Both the position numbers and the translations under genes were made by a program. 64,000 nt of DNA from Mobula hypostoma (Eukaryota), in NCBI RefSeq assembly GCF_963921235.1, contig NC_086097.1:228224001-228288000 (forward strand). The letters are read 5' to 3'. The notes below the pieces were generated by a model that worked only from the letters and a program-made list of their open reading frames with translations, had not been told where the DNA came from and did not search any database. Positions 12,186 through 25,528 of this stretch are shown piece by piece (the first letter of the stretch is position 1; every line of letters begins with the position of its first letter).

Positions 12186-14520
12186 ACATAGAAACACAGC
12201 ACAATACAGGCCCTTCAGCCCACAAAGCTGTGCCAAACATGTCCTTACCTTAGAAATTACCTAGGCTTACCCATAGCCCTCTATTTTTCTGAGCTCCATG
12301 TACCTGTCCAGGAATCTCTTAAAAGACCCTATCGTGTCCGCTTTCACCACCTTGCTGGCAGCCCATTCCACACACTCACCACTCTCTGCGTAAAAAACTT
12401 ACCCCTGACATCTCCTCTGTACCTTAAAACTGTGCTTTCTCGTGTTAGCCATTTCAGCTCTGGGAAAAAGCCTCTGACTATCCACACAATCAATGCCTCT
12501 CATCATTTTATACTCCTCTGTCAGGTCACCTCTCATCCTCCGCTGATCCAAGGAGAAAAGGACGAGTTCACTCAACCTATTCTTATAAGGCATGCTCCCC
12601 AATCCAGGCAACATCCTTATAAATCTCCTCTGCATCCTTTCTATAGTTTCCACATCCTTCCTGTAGTGAGGTAACCAAAACTGAGCACAGTACTCCAAGT
12701 GGGGCCTGACCAGGGTCCTATACAGCTGTAACATTACCTCTCGGCGCTTAAACTCAATCCCACAGTTGATGAAGACCAATGCATTGATGAAGACATACGC
12801 CTTCTTAGCCACAGAGTCAACCTGCGCAGCAGCTTGGAGTGTCCAATGGACTCAGACCCCAAGATCCCTCTGATCCTCCACACTGCCAAGAGTCATACCA
12901 TTAATACTATATTAGATTATGAGAACACTCAGTCCTCTTTTATTGTCATTTAGAAATGCATACATGCATTAAGAAATGATACAATGTTTCTCCAGAGTGA
13001 TATCACAGAAAAACAGGACAAACCAAAGACTAACACTGACAGAACCACATAATTATAACACATAGTTACAGCAGTGCAAAGCAATACCATAATTTGATGA
13101 AGAACAAACCATGGGCACGGTAAAAAAAAGTCTCAAAGTCGCCGAGTCGATCGACTCTCGAGTCCCCGATAGTAGACGGCAAAAGGGAGAAACTCCCTGC
13201 CATAAAACTCCATGCACCGTCAACTTTCCGATGCCTTGGAAGCAGCCGACCACAGCCGACACTGAGTCTGTCCATCCGAAAACTTCAAGCCTCCGACCAG
13301 CCACTCCGATACAGCCTCCCAAGCGCCATCCTCTGCCGAGCGCCTTCGACCTCGCCCCGGCCACTGAAACAAGCAAAGCCGAGGATTCGGGGCCATCTGC
13401 TCCGGAGATTCCGGTTACCACACAGTAGCAGCGGCAGCAAAGCGGGCATTTCAGAAGTTTCTCCAGATGTTCCTCCGTACTCTCACGTCTGTCTCCATCA
13501 AATCAGAATTGTGCACGGTACCTACTTGACAGATTACAGATATCATTCACCGGAGATGCCGCGTGCACTGCCATCGTGCTGCCATCAAAAAAACTCTGGT
13601 TAGGCCACACTTGGAGTACTGTGTCCAGTTCTGGTCACCTCACTATAGGAAGGATGTGGAAGCATTGGAAAGGGTACAGAGGAGATTTACCAGGCTGCTG
13701 CCTGGTTTAGAAAGTATGCATTATCATCAGAGATTAAGGGAGCTAGGGCTTTACTCTTTGGAGAGAAGGAGGATGAGAGGAGACATGATAGAGGTGTACA
13801 AGATAATAAGAGGAATAGATAGAGTGGATAGCCAGCGCCTCTTCCCCAGGGCACCACTGCTCAATACGAGAGGACATGGCTTTAAGGTAAGGGGTGGGAA
13901 GTTCAAGGGGGATATTAGAGGAAGGTTTTTTACTCAGAGAGTGGTTGGTGCGTGGAATGCACTGCCTGAGTCAGTGGTGGAGGCAGATACACTAGTGAAG
14001 TTTAAGAGACTACTAGACAGGTATATGGAGGAATTTAAGGTGGGGGCTTATATGGGAGGCAGGGTTTGAGGGTTGGCACAACATTGTGGGCCGAAGGGCC
14101 TGTACTGTGCTGTACTATTCTATGTTCTATCTTCTCCTCCTCCTCAAGGTCATATTTGACCTACCAAAATGACCCACCTCACACTTATCTGGGTTGAACT
14201 CTATCTGCCACTTCTCAGCCCACTTCAATCCTATCAATGTCCTGTTGTAACCTCTGACTGCTCTCCACATTATCCACAACACCCCCAACCTTTGTGTCAT
14301 CAGCAAATTTACTAACCCATCCCTCCACTTCCTCATCCAGACCATTTATAAAAATCATGAAAAGAAGGATTCCTAGAACAGATCCCTGAGGCACACCACT
14401 GGTCACCGACCTCCATGCAGAATATGACCCGTCTACAACCACTCTTTGCCTTCTGTGGGCAAGCCAATTCTGGTCCCACAAAGCAAGTCCCCTTGGATCC
14501 CATGCCTCCTTACTTTCTCA
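12186..14520 (-). mobile_element. CR1 fragment interrupted at 12913-14130 by a composite insert (minus-strand non-LTR 3' region plus a plus-strand CR1 3' end)
   Basis: RT ORFs at 12399-12812 and 14127-14481 (-) continue across the insert. The plus-strand CR1 ORF 13563-14069 ends in a ttctatg tail. Confidence 0.75.
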
Positions 14521-15551
14521 TTACTTTTTATTGTATAGGTTTTCAGGGATCAGTTTTCATTCTTCAGCATAGGCCAAATATACTTAATCCCTCCTCAGAG
14601 GACATCCCAGAAATACAATTGCCCTTTTGTAAATCCACATTGATTCTACCCAGACTTATTGTTTCACCACCCCAAGGTATCTATTACCTCTTCTGTATTT
14701 TCCTTATCATTGATATATGTAAGACTCACTGTTCCCTGCTTTCTTGCCCACTTCTTCCTTAAACAGCAAAGTTGCATTTCAAATCTTTCAATCCCTTGGA
14801 CTCATTCTGGAACCCATGGAATTTTGGAATAGGGCAACCAGTGTTTCCAGTAGCCTCATCGCTACCTTTCAAAACTTTGAGACGCAAGTCATCAGATTCT
14901 TGGAACTTACTGACATTTAGTCCCATGAATTGCTCTAATACCACTTCTTTGCTAATTACTTTTAGCTCCTTATTCATTCTAGGCTTGTTCTCGATTATTT
15001 CCAGGATGTTTCTGAGTCTTCTGCATACACCAACAAAACGTTTAATTTCTCTGTCACTTCCTTTCCCTTCTATAATTCCTCCTGATGCACTAATGGACCC
15101 GTGTCAACTTCATCAATTAATTTATTTCATTTTTCATTTTCCTTCCAAAGTTTTGACCCATACAGGGGAACATGTCTAATGTAAAACATCAATAATGTTT
15201 TGCACCCCCTCAGCTTACCTTGATTAGTGATTAACCCTTGTAATACAAGTCTGAAATTTATACTGTGCCCTACATGACCACTACTGTTCAGAGGATGGAG
15301 AGTTAAGAACAACTCTCACCAACGTTTTCTGACCTCATGGCTCTAGCTGAACTGATTAGCTTTACTGCCACATGTATATCGAAACATAAAGTGAAATGGG
15401 TCATTTGCATCAAATCAGTAAAGATTGTGCTGGGGGCAGTCCGCAAGTGTCAACACATTTCCAGTGCCAATATAGCATATCTGCAACTTACTAACCCTAA
15501 AGTGTTGTCTTTGCAATGTGGGAGGAAAACCAGAGTACCCAGAGGAAACCG

Positions 15552-16520
15552 TGGTGTATTTAATATTTCAGTAATAATTGAGTAATATTGTAATTATATT
15601 GCTTTGTTTGTTTACATAATTCATTTTGGGTTATATGTAAGAAGTACGTGAATGGCATACATCATTATGCCACCATGTTCTACGTGAGCACCTCATTTAA
15701 AAAAGGAAACGAAAAACTAATTGTCTAAATTATCCCAGCTCCTGTGTTTTTCTTTCAATTAGTTTTTGGAATTACAAAACATAACTGGCGATGAGGAAAT
15801 TTTAAAAGAATCCGAGATTACTACCTACCTACCTATTGAAGCACAGTATGTTTTCTTTCTGGAGGGAGGGAGAGATGTTTGAGTTTTAAATAAAGGCAGA
15901 AAATAGACAAAATTAGCAAGCAATGAGCATGGCTACAGGTTCATAAAACGTGAGTACTGGGTGACAATAATAATAAATAAAAACAAGCAGAAATAGCCAT
16001 TACATTGGGAAGATAGAGGTGTTCAATTGTACAACAGATAACTGGATGATGTATACTGAACAAATTTAGCAATATTTTAAAGCAAATGAAAGAGTCACTG
16101 AAAAATGAGTGCCAGTGTTGCTGAGTGTAATGGGTGGAAAAGCATACAGTTTGTTTAGTCTAACTGTTCCATGCAAAACAGCTGAAATGAGCTTTGCTGA
16201 TATTGTGAAAGTAATGCAGGAACATTTGGAACAGAAACTGTTGTTGATGGCAGAACACTATAGGTTTCATAAGCAAAATTAAAAGGAAGGAATATCCATT
16301 TCAGCTTAGATGACAGAATTGAAGAAATTGTCCGAACATTGTCAGTTCAGTGATGAGCTTAGTAATGCACTGAGAGATGATTTAATTTGTGGAATCTTAC
16401 AAGAAAGCATTCAAAAATGGTTCCTAACTGAAGCACAACTTACATTTAAAAGAACAGTTGCAATCAATGGAAACAGCAGACAGAGACGCAACTGAGCTGA
16501 AGTGAGGAATGAAAGTGAAA
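15552..16520 (+). mobile_element. Degenerate Gypsy LTR retrotransposon 5' part (LTR remnant, PBS, gag)
   Basis: PBS-like tggcgatgagg at 15786. Stop-riddled gag: ...LLSVMGGKAYSL...AEHYRFHKQN...ELKKLSEHCQFSDELSNALRDDLICGI. Confidence 0.8.
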
Positions 16521-16529
16521 GTGTATGGG

Positions 16530-18200
16530 TAGATCTATGTGGGTTGCACCCATTCTTCTGGGAGCTAGATCAGTGACATTCAAGAATGGTGATCTGGAAT
16601 CTCACAAGAAGTCCAGTTAGGATCTACGGAAGACCATAGTGACAGCAAAAAGGCAATTCTACGTTGAGTTAGAGATACAATCAGATACATGGCAGCTGTG
16701 TTAAAGTTTGTATGCCATCACATCATATAAGATGAAACCTAACGACATAAATAGCTGTGATGATTCATTCTCCAATTAGCTCAATGCCTTTTATGCACGT
16801 TTTAAAAGGGAGAATAAAACTACACGTGCAAATCTTCACAGCATCTGGCGACGCCGCGATCAGTTAACCTCACAACATCCTTCGAGAGGGTAAACCCTCG
16901 CATGCCATCAGACCCCGCTGGTATACCTGGCAGCCTGCTGAATACCTGTACCAAACAACTGGTTGGGGTGCTCAAGAACACCTTCATCCGCTCACTGCTG
17001 TAGTTGAAGGCTCAAATTCAGATTTATTTACCACATTGTCACGTATCCTGTGACGGGTTAAAGAACCAGCAGAAATGGAAACCACCTTGGAGTCTGGTAT
17101 TGCCGTTAACTAATGCTCGTTTATTAGTAACTACGCAATACAGTAATATAAATTCAGATATATCAAACAGGTTAGCAATGATTTTATATATATAAGTGTG
17201 GAAATATAAAAACCAAGCTTCTTCAAGCCTGGGGGTAAATGAACACTGTCTTACGATGATGGGTAAATGAAATCAGTTCAGTTTGTGGTATTGAGTTGAG
17301 TAGTGATGGAGAGAGAAGTGTTGTGGTTGTCCGAGTAAGCCGATGCCGTCGATTCTTCCCGTTGTCCTCCGAAACTTCCAAGTTAGCCAAACTTGACCAA
17401 CTTAAGAGCACCGTCTTCAAGTGATAATCTACCAACCCAGGCAAAGGTTAGGCACACTGGTAGACTCCACAGGGTCGTTCTTTCACGCACTAATGATCAC
17501 AGATTGATCCCTCACAATCGATTCTCAGTCCCACACTCGTGGGCACCTGAACAGAATAGTGGTAACTTCACCACACCTTAGTGCGTCTGCGTGTCCTGCG
17601 AAACAAGCAATTACGCTGGTTTAAATACTGTTGCGCTGAACACCAGCGGTCCATCAAGTAGCTCCTCCCTTCTCTCTCTGTAGGAACTCAGAAGCTGGCA
17701 GCGTCCTTGCAGAAATCCCAAACTGTGAGAAATCGCAACAACCCCATGACCCCAATTAACCCAATGCTAAGCACAGGACAATTTACAATGACCAATTAAG
17801 CAACCCGGTACGTTGTGGGAGAAAACCGGACCACTTGAACCACACATTTCACGGGGAGGACGTAGACTCTTTACAGAACAGCGCCAGAATTGAACTCCAA
17901 ACTCCAGAATGCCCGAAACTGTAATCACATCGCATTGCTACGCTACCTTGGCGCCCTACGTACAGTGAAATGCATCATCCCATCTGTTTCAAAGGAGCAC
18001 CATTCATACCAGTGCCCAAAAAGAGGAAGGATGAGCTGCCTCAGTGACAATCACCGGATAGCATTCACATCTACCGTGTGATGAAGAGGCTGGTCATGGC
18101 TAGAATTTACTCTGCCTGGGCCCATTGCAATTTGCTTACTGCCAAAACAGGTCTGCAACCTCAGGAATGACACCACTGTCGTTGGCAGAATGGCAACAAG
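16530..18200 (+). mobile_element. Degenerate Rex1/Babar-like LINE fragment, split by a SINE and a solo LTR
   Basis: LNAFYARF and RVNPRM.SDPAGIPG.LLNTCTKQLVGV to 17005, resuming at 17965 with PSCFK..IIPVPK...IAFTSTV. Confidence 0.65.
17049..17740 (-). mobile_element. Solo LTR related to the LTR at 29546-31957
   Basis: TG...CA termini. The left end is the reverse complement of the U5 end at about 31870-31957 (ggttaaagaaccagcagaaatggaa...gtctggtattg). Near-TSD atcc/accc. Confidence 0.7.
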
Positions 18201-18399
18201 AGGCACTTTATAAAGCAATTGACTTGAATCGCCAACTGGTTCACTCTCCACAGATAGTGCCTGACCTACTGAGCATTCCCAGCACTTTCCTGTTTATTTA
18301 CTTCAGACTTCCAGCAGCCGCAGTACTTATTTTTCCAGCTCTTTTCGTTTGCCAGGAAAGGGATGGGAAAGGAGCAACGTAAATAGAAGTGTACCTCCA

Positions 18400-18850
18400 G
18401 CGCCTGCCTCTGACGGTGCTTGTTGCCCTGGTAACGAACCACAGCCTCGGCCGGCCTCGCGCGTCCCAGCCCCTCCGCCGCGGGGGCGCGCCGAGATTTT
18501 GCGGGAAATCCTGCGGGAACCCCGCCGGTGTGACATCACACCGTGGAGAGGGCGAGGCGACTGCGGACTCTAGGGCTGGGCCATTTGGTTCCTGTCGTGG
18601 GTATGAAGCCAGGGAAGAAACTTGTACGGCAACGCATTAAACAGACATGTTAATTTCAAGCGTATTTAGGATGTCTTCTTATAAATAAAGGGACTGGTGC
18701 GCATGCCCATCATCAGGTCTCCGCCCCCCCGCCTGAGTGGGGCGGTGTCGTGTCCAGACGGCATCCAATGGCATTGCTCGATGTTGTTGGGTGAGGACGC
18801 ACTTTGTGTTGCCATTGACGCGAGGATGGAGGGTGTGCTTGGTGAGGAAG
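18400..18850. promoter_or_regulatory. CpG island / promoter of the ZC2HC1A-like gene
   Basis: Strongly CpG-dense non-TE tract directly upstream of the ATG. Motifs: X-box GTTGCCCTGGTAAC (18422-18435), E2F-like TTTTGCGGGAAA (18497-18508), CRE-like TGACATCA (18531), TATAAATA (18680), NRF1-like TGCGCATG (18698), GC boxes (18721, 18739), CCAAT (18765). Confidence 0.8.
18826..18850 (+). CDS. ZC2HC1A: ZC2HC1A/FAM164A-like zinc finger protein, coding exon 1 (MEGVLGEE+G)
   Basis: ATG in strong Kozak context (aggATGg) inside a CpG island, followed by the donor AAG|gtaggt (phase 1). Splices in frame to 57154-57221 to give MEGVLGEEGGKVESNLIPCRTCGRTFLAATR, which aligns without gaps to the recalled human ZC2HC1A N-terminus MEGLEENGGVVQVGELLPCKICGRTFFPVAL (both 31 aa). 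Confidence 0.8.
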
Positions 18851-19551
18851 GTAGGTGAGGGAGTGAGCGACATGGGTGGGGAGAGGCTGGACGCACAATT
18901 GTTACTGATTTTAGTCCCATAAACCAGAATTTGAGGAGATTCGTACAAACGGTGCATAGACTGGGCTGCTGACCGTTGCTATCCCTCTGTTGTTTGTTAG
19001 TGATTCTGCCGACGAGCTTTCAATTGCTGCTGCAGGGTATTTTCCACTCATTTGTTAGAAGCCTCTCCATAACCGTGAATTCCATATTTGAAAATAGGTG
19101 TGCACAACTCACATCGCGCTAATGTCCCCACCCTCCCTGTCCATTCTTGCTGCATCGATTCAGTTAGCGATATTCACTTTGTACCTTTTGATCTGGTGTC
19201 TGATCCAAAATCCCAAATTAGACGTTTTTGTATTGTATGCAAGTAAAGCTAAGGCATATTTTATATCTATAATAGACCACATTGCTATCAGATTCAAATG
19301 CCATTAAATGTATTTTGCTACTTGAGCAGTACATTTATTACGTCGATCACCTTATGCAGTAACGCAAAAAAAAATTGTCCTCGGTGTACATAGTGTTTAA
19401 GTTGATTGTCCAAGTGCAAGAGAGTAAATGTTGGCAAAAATTTCATTTTGAGGTTTTAACTTCGAAACGGAATCCCTTTGTTTAACCAGAAAGTCTCCAG
19501 CCTAGTTGGAGGCTGCCGCGATGAATGCGGTCAATCGTATCGTTAGGACGC

Positions 19552-20210
19552 CAAAATTCTGTTACGTGAATTTTACAATAATGTAATTTGTATTTCACTG
19601 AGGGTGGTATAATTGGAATTAGGACGCTGGGAACGATGATATTTCAATTTATCTGTTCATGTCTATTGGCAGATCAATATATTGACTGACTTGCATATTT
19701 ACACATCTATCATTAGATGCTGCATTTTTCTTAGAGCTGTTAACTGTGACATTGTGAATGTGGTAGTTTTTAACCATCAGTTACTACAAACCTCCATTCA
19801 ATGGATGTTCTTTTTTACTGTGAATTATTAGGTTCTGCAGTTCAGACTTTACCCTGACGTCATCCAGGTACCTGCAGCTAACTCCAGCGTGTTACCTAAT
19901 ATAAGCTTCCTATAGCTGTGTTCTTTCAAATGGCCAAAGAGAATGAGTCTCTGGCTGCCAAACAGGGGTACCCTAAGTGGCACTCTAAAGTGCCTTTTTT
20001 AAGAGATTCTCCAAATTGTGGGCTACAGCAGACTGTGGCTACTCCATCACAACTGGCATTGAATTGTAAACACTGATTTTCTTCATATTGTGACTCTCAG
20101 AAATTTTCCACTGACTAATTAGCATCCAGTTCTATCTGATAAATTCCAATTATACCACCCTCAGTGAAATACAAATTACATTATTGTAAAATTCACGTAA
20201 CAGAATTTTG
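19552..20210. repeat. Perfect 69-bp inverted repeat (19552-19620 / 20142-20210)
   Basis: caaaattctgttacgtgaattttacaataatgtaatttgtatttcactgagggtggtataattggaatt and its exact reverse complement, separated by 521 bp. Confidence 0.95.
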
Positions 20211-20532
20211 ATTAATATAACGTCATGAACCTCATGACACCCATTTTTTAATATTCTCTCTTCTGACCCAGAAAATAGAGTGAATTAAGATCAAGGAAAT
20301 TGTGTCCTTGAGCACAATGTTTTGCTTTTGCTCAATTTACCATCATTATTTCACAGAATGCAATAGTCCACTACATAAACCACCTCTTTATTGAACTCTT
20401 ACAGTAACTTTTTAGTCAAATAAGAGAAGAGGCCACATGATTATAGTTTGTTTGTAGACATAAGAAACCTGGACCTGGCTCTTGCTCACAATCAGCCCTA
20501 TGTGAAACTACAACCACGTTAATCTTTTGCAG

Positions 20533-23500
20533 ACCATAAGACACAAGAGCAGAATTAGGCCATTCAGCCGATCAAGTCTGCTCCTCCATTCCATCTTGGC
20601 TGATCTCAGGTCCCAGATCCCACTCAACCCCATACACCTGCCTTCTTGCCATATCCTTCAATGCCCTGACCGATCAGCAAGCAATCAACTTCCACCTTAA
20701 ATATACACTCCGACTTGGCCTCCACTGTAGTCTGTGGCAGAGCATCCACAGATTTACTACTCTCTGGCTAAAAAAAATTCCTCCTTACCTCGTTCTAAAA
20801 TGTCGTCCCTCAATTTTGAGGCTGTGCCCTCTGGTTCTGGATATCCCTACCATAGAAAACATCCTCTCCACATCCACTCTTATCCAGTCCTTTCAACTCT
20901 TGATAGGTTTTAATGAGATCTTCACGCATACTTCTAAATTCCAGTGAGTACAGGTCCGATGCTGATAAACGCTCCTCATATGTTAACTCTTCACTCCCGG
21001 AATCATCCTCGTGAACCTCCTCTGGACTCTGTCCAATGACAATACGTCCTTTCTGTGATAGGAGGTCTAAAGCTGTTGACAATACTCCCAGTGCAGCCTG
21101 ACTAGTGTCTTTTAAAGGCTCAGCATTATCTCCTTGCTTTTATTTTATATTCCCGTTGAAATAAATGCCAACATTGCCTTTGCCTTCTTTACCACAGACT
21201 CAATTTGTCAATTAACCTTCTGGGAGCCTTGCAAGAGGACTCCTAAGTCCCTCTGCATCTCTGATGTTTGAACCTTCTCCCCATTTAGATAACAATCCGC
21301 ACTATTGTTCCTTTTACCAAAATGCATTTCTAACACTATTCCACTTGCCACTTTTTTGCCCATTCTTCCAAATTCTCTAAGTTCTGCAATCACATTGCTT
21401 CCTCAGCACTACCTATCTCTCCACCTATCTTCGTATCATCTGCAAACTTTGCCACAAAGCCATCAATTCCATTATCCAAATCATTGACAAACAATGTGAA
21501 AAGTAGCGGGGCCATTGAGGAACACCACTAATCACTGACAGTCAACCAGAAAAGGCCCCTTTTATTGCCACTCACTGCCTCCTGCCTGTCAGGCGTTCCT
21601 CTATCCATGCCAGTACTTTTCCTGTAACGGCATAGAATTTTATATTGTTAAGCAGCCTCGTGTGGCACCTTATCAAATGCCTTCTGAAAATCCAAGTAAA
21701 TGATATCCACTGCCTCTCCTTTGTCCACTCTGTTTAATACTAACTCGAAAAACTCCAACAGATTGTCAGGCAAGATTTCCCTTTACAGAAACCTTGTTGA
21801 CTGACTTATTTTATCATGTCTCCAAGTACCCCGAAACCTCATCATTATTAATAGACCCCAACTCTTTCCCAGGTTAAGCTAACTGGCCTATAATTTCTTT
21901 TGCCTTCCTTTCTTAAAGAGTGGAATGACATTTGCAATTTTCCAGTCCTCTGTCACCATGCTAAAATCAAGTGATTCTTGAATGATCATGACCAATGCAT
22001 CCATTATTTCTTCAGTAACCTCTCTCAAGACTCTGGGATGAAGTGTATCTGGTTCAGGTGACTTAGCCTCCAGAAGACCTTTGAATTTGCCTAGCACTTT
22101 TCCCTTTGAAATAGCAATGGCACTCACTGTGCGCCTCTGGCACACTGCTAGTGTCTTCCTCAGTGAAGACTGATGCAAAGTACTCATTAAGTTTACCTGC
22201 CATTTCTTTGTCTCCCATTATTACCTCACCAGCATCATTTTCCAATGGTCCAATATCAACTTTATTCCCTTTCATTCTTTATATAACTGAAACAACTTTT
22301 AGCATCCTGCTTTTTATTATTGGCTAGTTTGCCCTCATATTTCATCTTTTCCCTTATAGCTTTTTTAATTTTGTTGAATTATAAAAGCTTCCCAATCATC
22401 CAAATTCCCACTCACTTTTGCTACCCTGTATGCTCTTTCCTTGGCTTAATTTCCCGCTTCGGCTACGGGTGCCTTCCCCTGCCATCTGAGAACTACTTCT
22501 TCTGTGCGACATATTTATCCTGCACCTTGTGACCTATTCCCAAAAACATCTGCTCTGTCGTCATCCCCGCCAGTATCCTCCTCTAATCCACCTGGGCAAG
22601 CTACTTTCTCATGCCTCTGTTATTCCCTTTATTCCATTGCGAGACTGATACCTGTGACTTGTGTTTCTCCCTTGCAAATTGCAGTACAAATTTAATCATA
22701 TTATGACCACTGCCTCCTAAGGATTCCTTTACATTAAGCTCCCTAATAAGATCGGGGTTATTACACAACACCCAATCTAAGATAGCCTTTCCTCGAGTAG
22801 ACTGAAGCACAAGCTGCTCTAAAAAGCATTCAACAAAGTCCTTCTCTTGCCATCTGACACCAGCCTGAATTTCCTAATTCCCTTGCATATTGAAGTCCCC
22901 CTATTACAATTGTGTCAGTACCTTTGTTACATGCCTTTTCCAGCTCCCTTTGCAATCTTTATCCTATGCCTTAGCTACTATTTGGAGCGCTGTATATGAT
23001 TCCCATAGTGTGTTTTTTTTTACTGTTGCTGTTTCTTAACTCCACCCACAAACATAGAAACAATAGAAAATAGGTGCAGGAGTAGGCCATTCGGCCCTTC
23101 GAGCCTGCACCGCCACTTATTATGATCATGGCTGATCATCCAACTCAGAACCCTGCACCAGCCTTCCCTCCATACCCCCTGATCCCCGTAGCCACAAGGG
23201 CCATATCTAACTCCCTCTTAAGTATAGCCAATGAACTGGCCTCAACTGTTTCCTGTGGCAGAGAATTCCACAGATTCACCACTCTCTGTATGAAGAAGTT
23301 TTTCCTAATCTCGGTCCCAAAAGGCTTCCCCTTTATCCTCAAACTGTGACCCCTCGTTCTGGAAGATTCAACATTCTCTGACCCTATGTCACCTCTTTCT
23401 CTTTCTAATATTTTTATATATATATATAGGAATGCAGAGTACGGGAAATATATATTAATACATTAAACTAAATTGCATATAAAGACTCCTTACCCTATAT

Positions 23501-24610
23501 TCGTACAAGTCAATTAGTTTGTAACATTGAAAAATAATAATTTTATTCTATAAAAATATTCTAACCCACTACCAGGACTGAAGCTGATTAGTAGAAAAGA
23601 GAAGAAAATTGTTAGTCGTCATCTGTGCTTTAACAGCAAATCAAAGGTTTTGAAAATAATTCAGAAAAGGTCCCCACAATGTTTGTTTGAAAGTCTTGAT
23701 TAGATTCAAAGATTGAACATGGAATCTTCTCTAAATTTAAACTTTCTAAAGATGTAATTTCATCTCAACGTCATACCAGCCAATCTCTAATTGCGCCCTG
23801 AGTTCACCATCTTGTGCTGAATATTGCACCCATTGATATACAGCGCCTTCAGTCCTGCGTTCTTTGCCCTTTTGAATTTTGCCTCCTTGATTGAATCTAA
23901 CTCTTTGCTCTGTCTGCATTTGTACCCAATCATTGGCTTGTCCTTCCTTGCCTTCATGTTACATCCATCATCTATTTGTAAACCTGCTGACTCATCCTCA
24001 GCTCTACCATACTGGTTCCCATTCCCCTGCCATATTAGTTCAAACCACTGCCAACAGCTCCAGTAAACCCGTCTGCAAGAATATTGGTCCTCCTTGGATT
24101 CAAGTGCAACACATCCCTTTTGTACAGGAACAACAGGAATCCTGCAGATGCTGGAAATTCAAGCAACACATATCAAAGTTGCTTCGGTCTCAGCCTGAAA
24201 CATCGACTGTACCTCTTCCTAGAGATGCTGCCTGGCGTGCTGTGTTCACCAGCAACTTTGATGTGTGTTTCTCTTGTACAGGTCCCACCTGCCCCAAAAG
24301 AGGTCCCAATTATCCACAAATTGGAATCCCGCCCCCCCCCCCCCCCGGCTCCAGTTCTTCAGCCACAGAATTATCTGCTAACTCATTCCATTCCTATCCT
24401 CACTGTCACGGCACAAGCAGTAATCCTGAGATTACTACCCTTGAGGTCTAGTGTCTTGGCTTCCTTCCTAACTCAGTGCATTTTTTCAGGGCCTCTTCCC
24501 TTTTTCTACCTAAGTCATTGGTACCAATTTGTATGACGGCTTCTGGTTGCTCACCCTGCCTTTTCAGGATATTGTGGATGCATTCAGAAGCATCACAGAG
24601 CCTGGCATAT
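20533..24610 (-). mobile_element. Near full-length degenerate CR1 with three nested inserts
   Basis: APE (ILDWVLCNNPDLIRELNV) and RT fragments in order. Inserts: young CR1 3' end 23051-23362; L1 3' end about 23408-23741 (TSD ctttctaa); Penelope terminus 24129-24273 (TSD ttgtacagg). Confidence 0.85.
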
Positions 24611-25261
24611 CTGCAAGTCTAAAGAAATCCAAATTAACCTGGTTGTTCCACAAGCGTTAATTGGGACTGAAGAGAGAGATCCTGAAATACTGCTTCAGGT
24701 CCACCTTGATAGTTCCAATAGTCAAAGATGTGTTTCTTAAAAATAAGTTGAAGTGGATTTCAATACAAAATTTTGGAAAAATAAAAACACATTTTAATTG
24801 ATGTAAATTAAAACAATGAATGTTAATTGAAGTAATGACCCAAATCAAGCTCCAAATCAAACTCATCACTTACTCCATTTGCCTTTTCCATCCTGGGTCA
24901 AGACCTCATTCAAATAAAAAGGGAGGTCAGTGGCAAAGTGTACCCACTCTCCCCATCATGCCTACTCAAAGTGGAGAAAGTATTGATAGCTTCAGCAATG
25001 CACTGAAAGTACACAGAAGCATTGCACAGAAGTTCACACAGTCAGAAATCTGCTCCATGTGTGGAATAGTTTGTGCTTTCAACATTGGCTTCTTAACCAC
25101 CTCGGAACCCATGAAACAGGAATGACATCCTGAGCGACAGTCTTAAAAGATAGATAGGCTGGAATACTGCTTCTAACAGTCTTTTCTTTTGCTGTGAAAC
25201 TATGGAATTTTGGATGGCCTATTTCACTTTAACCCATTCGAAAACAATCATTACCAATAGT

Positions 25262-25528
25262 AATAAAATCAAGGGGAGAAGACTGCAACTAGCGGGGCAC
25301 TGTCTACGCCACCCCGAGCTACCTGCCAGCTTAGTCATCATATGGGAGCCCAAGCATGGGAGGATGAACCCTGGGCGCCCTCCCAAGACGATGGTTAACA
25401 CGCTCCTAGAAGACAGCAGCGCAGCTAATGTAGATGAACTGAACACACTGATGAGGGAGAGGGAGAAGTGGAGAGTCCGTCATCGTGCCCGATGCTGGCC
25501 CCCTAGGCCTGAGTCGAAGTAGTAGTGG
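25262..25528 (+). mobile_element. RTE-clade LINE 3' end
   Basis: RRLQLAGHCLRHPELPAS.VIIWEP.HGRMNPGRPPKT..., an (agt)n tail, and 10-bp TSD taccaatagt (25252-25261 / 25529-25538). Confidence 0.85.

Noticed and set aside
18327..18957. Several GC-rich ORFs over the CpG island
   Set aside because: Expected in stop-poor GC-rich DNA. No recognisable protein, and no ADA exon 1-like sequence.
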